Part shown: positions 29,583 through 38,756 of the stretch, piece after piece | Position numbering within the stretch: the first letter of the stretch is position 1 | Layout of the letters: each line of letters starts with the position of its first letter | From: Prolixibacteraceae bacterium | GTDB taxonomy: Bacteria > Bacteroidota > Bacteroidia > Bacteroidales > Prolixibacteraceae | Length of the DNA: 64,000 nt | Direction of reading: 5' to 3' | Assembly (NCBI GenBank): GCA_025210775.1 | Contig: JAOARB010000010.1 | Location: forward strand, 39,502 to 103,501 | Made by a program: the position numbers and the translations under genes | Notes under the pieces: generated by a model | Database searches by the model: none | Told to the model about the DNA's origin: nothing | What the model saw: the letters and a program-made list of their open reading frames with translations, nothing else

Positions 29583-30845
29583 ATGTTCGATATAGACAAA
29601 TGGAAAGAGATATGGGCCGTTCTATCACGAAATAAGCTCAGAACATTCCTAACTGCATTCGGTGTATTCTGGGGAGTCTTTATGCTTGTTATTATGCTTG
29701 GTGCAGGTTACGGATTTGAGAAAGGCATATTTGGCCAGATTGATGGAGTAGCTACCAATTCCGCTTTTATGTGGAGCCAAAATACGACTGAAGCACATGA
29801 CGGATTCAAGAAAGGAAGATCTTGGAATATAGAGATTAATGATATTGAGGTAATCTCAAAAAAGGTATCCAACTTAAAATATATTGCACCACGTATTGGA
29901 CTGTATAAGAAGTTTAAAGATGGGATGAATATCTACTATCAAGATAAGAAAGGAAACTACTCTGTCAACGGAGACTACCCTGTCTATCAAAATATTGATC
30001 CTTTTCTAATCTTGTCTGGTCGCCATATCAACAAATTTGACATCAATGAAAAAAGAAAAGTATGTGTCATAGGTAAAACCGTAGCAGAAGACCTGTTTGG
30101 AAAGCAAGAGAGCCCACTAGGGAAATACGTCAATATCGTTGGGGTCTACTTTAGAGTCATCGGAGTTGTAGATGCAGTATCACAGATGGGATTAGGAGGA
30201 CGTAAAGATAAATCTATTTATATCCCTTTTACAACCTTGCAACTAGCATATAACCTAGGGGTAAATGTAAATTTCTTTATTCTAACAGCAAAAGATGGAG
30301 TAGATGTCTCTTCTGTAAGTAAAGAGATCGCTTCGATCCTAAGGAAAAGACATAATATATCACCAACAGATGAAACAGCCGTTGGCTCTTTCAATCTTCA
30401 GAAAGAGATCCAGAAATTCGAAGGACTTCTGGGGGGGGTAAAATTACTTATATGGATTGTAGGTATAGGAACGCTACTAGCTGGAGCTATTGGCATCAGT
30501 AATATTATGCTGGTGGTCGTAAAAGAACGTACCCAAGAGATCGGAATACGAAGAGCTTTAGGTGCAAGAACATATCAGATATCATCACAATTAATTTTAG
30601 AAAGTGCAACGATTACAGCTATTGCTGGAGTATTGGGAATTATGTTTGGAACCTTTGTCTTATCATTAATTGGTATGGTATTAGCCAATAGTCCAGACAG
30701 CTCATTCCTAGCAAATATGGTAATTGACTTTAAATTAGCCATAATGTCATTAACCATCATTATTATCACAGGTATCCTTGCTGGAATAATACCTGCCCAA
30801 AGGGCACTATCCATCAAGCCAATAGAAGCATTAAGAACAGAATAA
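29583..30845 (+). CDS. ABC transporter permease (FtsX/MacB-type), copy 2
   Basis: 420 aa. Same architecture as copy 1 (VVKERTQEIGIRRALGA). Confidence 0.88.
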   Translation: MFDIDKWKEIWAVLSRNKLRTFLTAFGVFWGVFMLVIMLGAGYGFEKGIFGQIDGVATNSAFMWSQNTTEAHDGFKKGRSWNIEINDIEVISKKVSNLKYIAPRIGLYKKFKDGMNIYYQDKKGNYSVNGDYPVYQNIDPFLILSGRHINKFDINEKRKVCVIGKTVAEDLFGKQESPLGKYVNIVGVYFRVIGVVDAVSQMGLGGRKDKSIYIPFTTLQLAYNLGVNVNFFILTAKDGVDVSSVSKEIASILRKRHNISPTDETAVGSFNLQKEIQKFEGLLGGVKLLIWIVGIGTLLAGAIGISNIMLVVVKERTQEIGIRRALGARTYQISSQLILESATITAIAGVLGIMFGTFVLSLIGMVLANSPDSSFLANMVIDFKLAIMSLTIIIITGILAGIIPAQRALSIKPIEALRTE

Positions 30846-30865
30846 AACGATTATTAGACCATATT

Positions 30866-31951
30866 ATGAAAAAAGTATTCAAGATAATTATCATCATCGC
30901 AGTCCTTGCTAGTGTTATTGGAACATTTGCTTACATATATCAGAAGTCTCAACCTAAAGAGGTAGCTTATGAGATCCTTGATGTAAAGAATGACACAATC
31001 GTTGTTAGTACTATAGCAACAGGGGCTGTAGTACCGAAGAAAGAGATCGCAATCAAACCGCAGATCGCAGGTATTATCAGTAAGATATACGTTGAAGCAG
31101 GAGACACTGTTAAACAAGGACAGATCATTGCTAAAGTAAAGATTATTCCAGATATGGTTAATCTAAACAATGCCAAATCGAGAATTAAGAAAGCACAGAT
31201 TCAATTGGAATCTAGTCAAAACAATTACAATAGAAATGAGACTTTATTCAAAAAAGGAGTAATCTCTGAAGCTACTTTCATTGAATCAAAACGTAGTTAT
31301 GATGCCTCTAAAGAGGAGTTGAAAGCATCTAAGGATAATCTGGATCTAATTAAGGAGGGAGTAACCAAATCAACTTCAAATCAAACCAATACACTTATCC
31401 GCTCAACCATTGATGGGATGGTGCTTGATGTACCTGTTAAAGAGGGAAATTCTGTAATCCAAAGTAACTCCTTTAATGATGGTACAACCATTGCACTTAT
31501 TGCAGATATGCAAGATATGATCTTTGAAGGTAATATAGACGAGACTGAGGTAGGTAAGATTAAGATTGGTATGCCAATGGAATTGACTATTGGAGCAATG
31601 AATCAAGAGAAATATGATGCTACCATTACACATATTGCGCCAAAAGGAACTAACGATGGAGGTGCAGTACAATTCAAGATTAAAGGAGCAGTAAAGCTTG
31701 CAGTAGACCAATTTATCCGTGCAGGGTACAGTGCAAATGCGAAGATTGAAGTGGAAAGAAAAGAAAATGTATTGTCTATTCCAGAATCGACAATCTTCTT
31801 CGAAAATGATTCAAGTTTCATATGGACTGCCAAAGATAAAAAGGGAGAATATGAGAAACAATATGTGGAGCTAGGATTGTCTGATGGTATCAATGTTGAA
31901 GTAACTGAAGGGGTAACCAAAGAGACAAAAGTTAGAGGAAATAAGAAATAA
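30866..31951 (+). CDS. efflux periplasmic adaptor subunit (HlyD/MacA family)
   Basis: 361 aa. N-terminal TM, a lipoyl-like block (IAGIISKIYVEAGDTVKQGQIIAKV), a coiled-coil hairpin, and a beta-barrel domain. Confidence 0.88.
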   Translation: MKKVFKIIIIIAVLASVIGTFAYIYQKSQPKEVAYEILDVKNDTIVVSTIATGAVVPKKEIAIKPQIAGIISKIYVEAGDTVKQGQIIAKVKIIPDMVNLNNAKSRIKKAQIQLESSQNNYNRNETLFKKGVISEATFIESKRSYDASKEELKASKDNLDLIKEGVTKSTSNQTNTLIRSTIDGMVLDVPVKEGNSVIQSNSFNDGTTIALIADMQDMIFEGNIDETEVGKIKIGMPMELTIGAMNQEKYDATITHIAPKGTNDGGAVQFKIKGAVKLAVDQFIRAGYSANAKIEVERKENVLSIPESTIFFENDSSFIWTAKDKKGEYEKQYVELGLSDGINVEVTEGVTKETKVRGNKK

Positions 31952-31996
31952 TCTCATAAAAGAAGCATAAACTATTTCCACAAAAAAGAAGACAAA

Positions 31997-33334
31997 ATGA
32001 AGAATAAACCTATATACTTATTGCCGATAGTGTTTTTGTTCTCTCTATCACTTTCTGCACAAGAAAAACAAAAAGATAGATGGGACCTGACTCACTGTAT
32101 TGAGTATGCAATACAAAACAACAGTAGCATTCAGAAGCAAAGGTTAGATATTGATATTTCAAGTAATAATTACGAGAGTTATAAACTATCTAAACTGCCT
32201 TCTGTTTCATCTGATATAAATAATACGACCTCATGGGGACGTACATTGTCGAATGATAACACCTATATAAATAAAAACTCAAATTCGACAACATTTAATG
32301 TTAACGCAAGGGTTAAACTGTTTCAAGGTGGTGCTCTAAAAAATCAAATACGTCGATCGAAATACGATCATGATTACCAAGGTGATATACTAAAAGTTAA
32401 AGAGTCAAACCTATCCCTTCAAGTAACTGAGGCTTATCTAAATATATTGGTTGCCAAAGAGATGGTAAATCTGGCAAAAGAGCAAATTGAGATTACTGAA
32501 AAGCAGATCACCATTACAAAGATTAAAGTAGAAGAAGGATTGATTGATAAAGGCCCGTTATTAGAGCTAAAGACACAATTAGCAAACAATGAAACGGAAA
32601 AGATCAATGCTCAAAACAACCTAGAATTAAGACAACTTGAGTTGGCACAACTTCTAGAATTAGAAAATCCATCTGTTCTAAATATTCAGATTCCGAAGTT
32701 GGCCTTATTAAACTCTGAGATGCAACTAAATGAGGTAACCAATTATTATACAACAGCTCTCGATCTAAGACCAGAGATCCAAGCAGCTAAAACAATGATA
32801 AAAAGAGGTGAGGTCAACACCAAAGCAGCAAAAGGAGAATTATATCCAACGATTTCTGCAGGTGCAAACTACTCTAATGGTTACTATTACTATAAAGGTG
32901 AAAAGAACACAGGGTTTTCTGATCAAATGCAAGCCAATGGGCGTGAAAACGTTAGTCTAGGTGTATCAATCCCTATTTTCAATGGGAAAAGAGCTAAAAA
33001 CGCCTATAAGAACGCAAAAATACAAGAACAGAAATCTAAGATCGATTTGATCCAAGCTGAAAAAGATCTTCGTAAAACAATTACCAATGCTCTGACACAA
33101 GCCAAAGGGGCACACCAGAAATATACGGCAGCGTCTACGCAAGTGAAAATGAGTAAAGAATCGTTCTATTTCGCAGATCAGAAATTTAATGCTGGTGCAA
33201 TGAATATCTACGATTATAATCAAGCAAAGAATAGCTTTATAAGAGCGAAATCACAAAAAATACAATCTAAATATGAGTTCATCTTTAGAACAAAGATGCT
33301 TGACTTCTATGTAGGCAAAGAACTTAAGTTCTGA
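31997..33334 (+). CDS. TolC-family outer-membrane efflux protein
   Basis: 445 aa. Signal peptide, LTHCIEYAIQNN start, and two repeated alpha/beta halves typical of OEP/TolC. Confidence 0.88.
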   Translation: MKNKPIYLLPIVFLFSLSLSAQEKQKDRWDLTHCIEYAIQNNSSIQKQRLDIDISSNNYESYKLSKLPSVSSDINNTTSWGRTLSNDNTYINKNSNSTTFNVNARVKLFQGGALKNQIRRSKYDHDYQGDILKVKESNLSLQVTEAYLNILVAKEMVNLAKEQIEITEKQITITKIKVEEGLIDKGPLLELKTQLANNETEKINAQNNLELRQLELAQLLELENPSVLNIQIPKLALLNSEMQLNEVTNYYTTALDLRPEIQAAKTMIKRGEVNTKAAKGELYPTISAGANYSNGYYYYKGEKNTGFSDQMQANGRENVSLGVSIPIFNGKRAKNAYKNAKIQEQKSKIDLIQAEKDLRKTITNALTQAKGAHQKYTAASTQVKMSKESFYFADQKFNAGAMNIYDYNQAKNSFIRAKSQKIQSKYEFIFRTKMLDFYVGKELKF

Positions 33335-33364
33335 ATTCTTAACACATTACAGAGTTGTTGTTGG

Positions 33365-33391
33365 GGCAGTAGTTTATCTACTGCCTTTTTT
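33365..33391 (+). terminator. intrinsic terminator of the efflux operon
   Basis: Stem GGCAGTAG/CTACTGCC with a 5-nt loop, then TTTTTT. Confidence 0.65.
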
Positions 33392-33600
33392 GTTTCTATA
33401 AATCAAAGCCTAGAATCTAACCAAGATATAAAGTCAATTCCCTATATCAATACCAAGATATAAGAAGAAGATCAAAACATATCCATAAAAGACATAAAGG
33501 CAACGCTTCTATCCATGATCCCCCTATTGATCCCTGCTTCATAGCCCCCAAATAAGCCATTTCTACTCATAATTTAAACATCTATAGAACATCACAAAAA

Positions 33601-33726
33601 GGTTACTTAATAAACCCTTTCTCCATGGTTTGTTCATGGTTGCTCCATGGTTCCTCCACCGATTACCCCATTATCGATGGACAAACCATGGACGAACCAT
33701 GGAGGAACCCCCTATTTAAAAGGTAC
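33601..33726 (+). repeat. CCATGG-phased palindromic interspersed element, copy 2
   Basis: Three 11-bp units on each arm around the centre CGATTACCCCATTATCG. Same orientation as copy 1. Confidence 0.8.
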
Positions 33727-33922
33727 AGATCTTGCATTTTGATATCGTATCAAGACAGTGTATAGACTCACTATTTTGCTTTAAAAGAGAACCATAAGAT
33801 GATAATAAGATCCACATATGGGTAAAGACAAAAGAAAGCGGATTAGGTCGTATAGGGAGCAAAAAAAAGAGAGTAGATCTGATGATCACTCCCTTTATGT
33901 CGAATAAAAATAAATCGCTTAA

Positions 33923-34900
33923 TTAAAAGAAATAGCTTGATCTTCTTCGATAAGATCTTCTTCGTTTCTTTGAAGGGATATCGTAACTAATCATAAATTC
34001 GTGAGTACTAGGAAAGCTATTGGTGTCTTCTAGTGCAGTCATATCATATGAGTATCCTAGTCTGATTTCCTCAGTGACATCATACTGCATGCTCATACCG
34101 AAAGAATTCCCTGTTCTATACATGATCCCAGCAGTAAAATTCTCATAGAATGTACCAAATACATGAAGATCAGCCGCTAAGTTGGAGCTTCTAATATAGC
34201 GGATTGTACTTCCTACTTTCATTGTAATATCTCTATCTACTTCAAATTTATAAGCTCCTAAAAGATAGATATGAAGCATATCTTTATTGATAGAGGTACG
34301 AGAAACTTCTTCAACAGAAACTTTATTCTCTATTAACTTAGGTATAGAAAGACCCACAATATAGTCTTTAGCACGAAACATAACTCCTAAACCAATATTA
34401 GGGAGGAATTCTGAATTAAGATCGTTCATAAAAGCAGGATCGTCTTGATTCTCTCCAATTCCTTGGATATTGGCATAAAATAGATTGAATCCTGCAGAGA
34501 TACCAAAGCTCAAATACTTTCCTCTACGAGGATCAATATCCAAATGATAGGCATAGTCTCCATATAGCCCGACCTGCGTAATTGGGCCATAGCTATCATA
34601 AAGCATACGACCACCAATTCCCATTTGTCCATCAAGATAAGGCATGGTAAAAGCAAGAGACGAAGTTGTAGGTGCACCATCAAAACCAGTCCATTGGTGT
34701 CTAGTCAACAACTTAATATTCATTGCTTCTTGTACTCCAACATAGGATGGATTTATGGTAGCCAGATTATTTAAATACTGGCTATACAAAGGATCCTGTT
34801 GGGCTTTTGTTCGAATTGAGAACATGCAGATTAGTAGGAGTATTAGGAACGAAGTGCGTCCTTCTTTCCACATACGATATATCTTATCACAGTGTATCAT
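33923..34900 (-). CDS. T9SS membrane protein PorP/SprF family
   Basis: 325 aa. AQQDPLYSQYLNNLATINPSYVG and FLPNIGLGV are typical of PorP/SprF. It lies directly downstream of a type-B CTD cargo gene. The real start may be MWKEG at 34873. Confidence 0.88.
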   Translation of the reverse strand: MIHCDKIYRMWKEGRTSFLILLLICMFSIRTKAQQDPLYSQYLNNLATINPSYVGVQEAMNIKLLTRHQWTGFDGAPTTSSLAFTMPYLDGQMGIGGRMLYDSYGPITQVGLYGDYAYHLDIDPRRGKYLSFGISAGFNLFYANIQGIGENQDDPAFMNDLNSEFLPNIGLGVMFRAKDYIVGLSIPKLIENKVSVEEVSRTSINKDMLHIYLLGAYKFEVDRDITMKVGSTIRYIRSSNLAADLHVFGTFYENFTAGIMYRTGNSFGMSMQYDVTEEIRLGYSYDMTALEDTNSFPSTHEFMISYDIPSKKRRRSYRRRSSYFF

Positions 34901-34917
34901 CTTTTCTTAGATCAACA

Positions 34918-36333
34918 TTATTTGCTTATGTATATGTACCCTTTCTTAGTTGAATAATTGTCAGTCTTCAAGATATAGTAATAAGTTCCTGAAGGTACAA
35001 CATTCCCTTTACTCATTCCTTCGGTGGCTATTCCATCCCACCATGAAGTCTCGCCATCCAATCCATATCGATTACTCTTGTAAACCAGATCCCCCCATCT
35101 GTTATAGATATGAATTTCAGATTGTTCACAGAATTGAACTGCTTTGACTACAAAGCGATCATTAATACCATCTCCGTTTGGAGAGAACCCACGAACGACT
35201 TGAAGTTCTCCAGCACGTATCATGATGCGGACGTACTCAGTGGAACAATTTCCTTGTAGGTCACAAATTTCATATTCAAACAAATCTTCTCCAATATAAT
35301 TATCCTCTGGTATATATTTTATCAAACCTTTAGAAACCAGTGTTGCGGTACCATGTAACGGTGGAGTTAATACTTTCAATGAAAGAGTATCCATGTCGTT
35401 ATCTAAATCATAGTCGTTAGTCAACACTTTAAAGTCAATAAACAAACGCTCTTTTGTAATACCAATATCTTCTTTGGTAATCGGAGCTGTACCATCTTGT
35501 TCAACCACGTAATCAAGGACATCTACACATCCATTACGGTCCATTACTTTCAATCGATAAGTCCCCGCTTTGCGTACAATCAGTTTAGAAGGATCACTAT
35601 TATCCACATGCCCATAATCTTGAGCATTAGGATCTGTATTACTCCAATAATAAACCAAATGACTTCCCTCACTAGCAATGGCATCAAGTAGTACCCAAGA
35701 ATCAAACTTAATCTTGTTTGGTCCTTTGACGATAGCACGAGGAGCTGGGTCAAAATTGATTATCTTCTCTACCTGCTCAGAAGCACCATACTTATCTGTA
35801 ATCTTTAACCATACTTTGGTAGATTCCGTAGCACTATGTTTTCTAAAAGTAGGTTTTGCAATATATGGATTGTCAAAATGTATCTTTGGTCCCCACTCAT
35901 ACGATAAACGTTCTCCAGTAGAACGTGAACCATCTAACTGTAATGTGGACTTACAACTTCCAATAAAATCTTTTCCTGTTATCTTGGCTTCTAGAACAAT
36001 ACCTACTTTAATCACCATTTTAGTGATCTCTCCAGGGCAGCTATTCTCACCTTGGGCAGGCACAACACTTAATTCATAAGTACCTTCTTGATTAAAAAGG
36101 ATTAATTCTGAAGTGGCAGATTGAGACTTTACAGTATAGCTCATAGGAGCACCTTCCAATGTTTTTATTAACCATTGGTAAGTATACGATGGATCATCAA
36201 TCGATGCTTTAAAACGGTGCACCGACCCTCTATTAATAGTTACATCAGGAGTGATCGATTGACTTCGAACAACCCCTAGTGTAACTACCATAAGGCAGAA
36301 AAAGGTCCATATTTTTATACTAATCAGTCTCAA
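34918..36333 (-). CDS. T9SS type-B sorting-domain protein (gliding-motility-associated C-terminal domain), operon paralog 5
   Basis: 471 aa. The C-terminus GFSPNGDGINDRFVV...IYNRWGDLVY...WWDG...PSGTYYYIL...KGYIYISK matches the type-B CTD. There is an internal cadherin/tandem-95-like segment (TNDYDLDNDMDTL...GTATL). The N-terminal module is shared with the four upstream genes. Confidence 0.88.
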   Translation of the reverse strand: MRLISIKIWTFFCLMVVTLGVVRSQSITPDVTINRGSVHRFKASIDDPSYTYQWLIKTLEGAPMSYTVKSQSATSELILFNQEGTYELSVVPAQGENSCPGEITKMVIKVGIVLEAKITGKDFIGSCKSTLQLDGSRSTGERLSYEWGPKIHFDNPYIAKPTFRKHSATESTKVWLKITDKYGASEQVEKIINFDPAPRAIVKGPNKIKFDSWVLLDAIASEGSHLVYYWSNTDPNAQDYGHVDNSDPSKLIVRKAGTYRLKVMDRNGCVDVLDYVVEQDGTAPITKEDIGITKERLFIDFKVLTNDYDLDNDMDTLSLKVLTPPLHGTATLVSKGLIKYIPEDNYIGEDLFEYEICDLQGNCSTEYVRIMIRAGELQVVRGFSPNGDGINDRFVVKAVQFCEQSEIHIYNRWGDLVYKSNRYGLDGETSWWDGIATEGMSKGNVVPSGTYYYILKTDNYSTKKGYIYISK

Positions 36334-36353
36334 GAATATTATTTTTTAAGAAT

Positions 36354-37082
36354 TTATTCCATTATAATTTTACCAGCACGTGGTCGTTTCTTCTGTAAGA
36401 AGTCAATATTTTTTTGATCTTCTACAATCCTAATAGCCAAACCATTACTTGTCTGTGCATTGACTAAAACAATAGAATAGCGATGGTCCTCATCTAGGTC
36501 ATTAATCTTTAGATTTAGACCCATCGCTTCATCATCTCTGTCTATCATTATATCTTGTACACCCATATCCTTATTGTCTTTAAATACTTGTATCGAAAGA
36601 CGTAAAGGAAAATACCTGTCGTATGTAGATGATTGCTTCTCAATCTCTTTTTCTATCGTCAGATCCAATGGTAAAGGATCTCCAATAGAAGTAGCACAAG
36701 CCTCTTGGTTCGTATTAGCAAAACCTAAAGTCATGTTATTAGGAAGAATCTTCAGTATCAATATTCTAGTATTGGTACAACCTCCTAACTCAGAGTTCAC
36801 TCTCAATACAAAATCACCAGGTTTCTTGAATACACAAGATACAGCTGAAAAGTGAGCAGGGCCCACAAATGCAGCAGCATCATTAGAAGAAGCAAGGGTA
36901 GTCAAACTATAATCGGAATATAACAACCAGTTATAGTTGCTCCCCAACACCTCTTCTACGCTAAAACTATGAATCTCCCCTTCGACTAAGCGATAACTCT
37001 CCTGCCCCATTACAGAGAATGGAGCAAAACAACAACACCACATCAAAAAGAGAAATGCCTTATGTCGGAAAGTTTGAGTCAT
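36354..37082 (-). CDS. secreted two-domain protein, operon paralog 4 (no recognisable CTD)
   Basis: 242 aa. Signal peptide cleaved before Gln (VMG-QES). Shared module IHSFSV...YNWLL...GDFVLRVNSELGGC, with a second Cys 26 residues later. Confidence 0.75.
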   Translation of the reverse strand: MTQTFRHKAFLFLMWCCCFAPFSVMGQESYRLVEGEIHSFSVEEVLGSNYNWLLYSDYSLTTLASSNDAAAFVGPAHFSAVSCVFKKPGDFVLRVNSELGGCTNTRILILKILPNNMTLGFANTNQEACATSIGDPLPLDLTIEKEIEKQSSTYDRYFPLRLSIQVFKDNKDMGVQDIMIDRDDEAMGLNLKINDLDEDHRYSIVLVNAQTSNGLAIRIVEDQKNIDFLQKKRPRAGKIIME

Positions 37083-37113
37083 ATTATAGCTTAATGAGTA
37101 TATAGATTTTTAA

Positions 37114-37941
37114 TTATTCAAATGTAATTCCACTGATTGCGTGACGCTTAACTGTAGCACCATCTTTATCATTCGTATTGTCAGATTCAGCAACTGTTTG
37201 ACCAACGATCTTTTGCGCAGTCAACATAAGTGCTGGCGTAATCTGTGCAACATTGTTTGTAGAGTTATCATACTTCTTAGTATTCTCAACTGTAGCTGTA
37301 AGAAGGATATCTGCTGCATCTCCTGTACCTGTTACAGTATAAGTTTCATCTCCATTGTCAACGATGTTAACACCTGCTTTAGCAGTAGCAAGATTTGCCA
37401 ACCTAACATCTGCAAGAGCTTCTAGACTAACTACAGTAGACCAACCATTTGTAGCTCCAACACCATCAATTGTCAAATTATAACCTACAGAAGCACTACC
37501 ATGGTTATAAACAACGTTTCCGCCTTCGATAGATGGAGTAACTTGGTTTGTATAACAAATTGGATCTTTAGTAACTGCCGCAATCATCATATCAAATGTA
37601 CTTGCAGTAATCGTTACTGGTAAAATACGTAGGTTTTTACATCCACCTATTTCATCTTCTACTTGTACATAGTAAATATCATTAGCATTCAAAGTTGAAG
37701 CCCAGTCAATAGTTACTGTTTTTGTTGCTTCTCCTGCTAATGTTACATCAGCAGCATTTGCATCAACCAATTTTCCAGTACCATCATCAACTTTAACAGA
37801 CCATGAATATGCATGTCCTGGGACTTCAGTCACCTTATATTTATGTTTCGCTCCTGGGAAAGGATTATCCCCTGTTGATTGAGCGTAAGATGCTATGCTA
37901 GCTACTGCTAGCACCATCATACTTAGTAAAATTCTTTTCAT
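37114..37941 (-). CDS. secreted two-domain protein, operon paralog 3 (no recognisable CTD)
   Basis: 275 aa. Signal peptide (YA-QST). Shared module HKYKV...YSWSV...DIYYVQVEDEIGGC, with a second Cys 27 residues later. The second half is T/V/A/G/N-rich. Confidence 0.75.
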   Translation of the reverse strand: MKRILLSMMVLAVASIASYAQSTGDNPFPGAKHKYKVTEVPGHAYSWSVKVDDGTGKLVDANAADVTLAGEATKTVTIDWASTLNANDIYYVQVEDEIGGCKNLRILPVTITASTFDMMIAAVTKDPICYTNQVTPSIEGGNVVYNHGSASVGYNLTIDGVGATNGWSTVVSLEALADVRLANLATAKAGVNIVDNGDETYTVTGTGDAADILLTATVENTKKYDNSTNNVAQITPALMLTAQKIVGQTVAESDNTNDKDGATVKRHAISGITFE

Positions 37942-37960
37942 TATATATAGCTATTTGGTT

Positions 37961-38743
37961 TTATTTAAAAGTAATATCAGAAGTGTTTGGAAGACCTTTG
38001 ATTGTTCCACCAACTTTAGATCCAAGATCGTTAGCTGTTACTACAGTAGTTCCTTCTGTTACAGTAGATGCTGTGACACTAAGCATATTTGTTACATCTA
38101 AATCTATTGGCAAAGCTTTATAAGTAACCGTTACAGTAACTTTATCTCCTGCAACTGCAGTTACAGATGTTCCTGTTAGTGTACCTGTACTCAATGTAAT
38201 TTCAGGAGCAGTAGTATATGCAGCACCTTCAACTGTTGGCTCATTTAATAGATCAAATGCCCAAGTACCTGTTGTTACATTTTCTCTTGTAATATCATAT
38301 GTAAAAATCAAATCTTGAGTATCACCTTGTACATGAACATTTCCAGACTCAGGATTACAACCTAGTGTTGTTGTGTTTGCAACGATTACGTTAAACGTGT
38401 TGCTTGCAAGAGTAATAGGAAGTTCTCTTACAGAAGCACATCCTCCAGCTGTTTCAACAAATCTAAGAGTATAGTCTCCATCAGTTAACCCAGTATAGTC
38501 AATAACAATATTTTGTTTGTCCGTTACTGTTATATTGCTAGAAACATCAGTGTTGTCCGCTTTCTTAAGGGTCCATACTCCTGCGTTAGCAGCATTCTCC
38601 ATGGTAATAGAATAGTTATATTTACCACCAATCATAGGTTTACTACCGTCAGTTAAACTTTGTGCATTAACACCCAAAGCCAGCGTAAAAAGGAATAAAA
38701 TAAATGTTAGCTTCTTCATCATAATTGTTTGTATTTCGATCAA
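37961..38743 (-). CDS. secreted two-domain protein, operon paralog 2 (no recognisable CTD)
   Basis: 260-aa ORF. The likely start is MMKKL at 38722. Signal peptide (VNA-QSL). Shared module YNYSI...GVWTL...GDYTLRFVETAGGC, with a second Cys 26 residues later. Confidence 0.75.
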   Translation of the reverse strand: MIEIQTIMMKKLTFILFLFTLALGVNAQSLTDGSKPMIGGKYNYSITMENAANAGVWTLKKADNTDVSSNITVTDKQNIVIDYTGLTDGDYTLRFVETAGGCASVRELPITLASNTFNVIVANTTTLGCNPESGNVHVQGDTQDLIFTYDITRENVTTGTWAFDLLNEPTVEGAAYTTAPEITLSTGTLTGTSVTAVAGDKVTVTVTYKALPIDLDVTNMLSVTASTVTEGTTVVTANDLGSKVGGTIKGLPNTSDITFK

Positions 38744-38756
38744 CTACTTAAATAAA

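Noticed and set aside
27618-33334. The five-gene ABC / 2x FtsX permease / HlyD adaptor / TolC operon near the window centre, considered as a candidate novel system.
   Set aside because: All five proteins carry textbook motifs of MacAB-TolC-type tripartite efflux pumps. The gene order is the common Bacteroidota arrangement, so nothing is unexplained.
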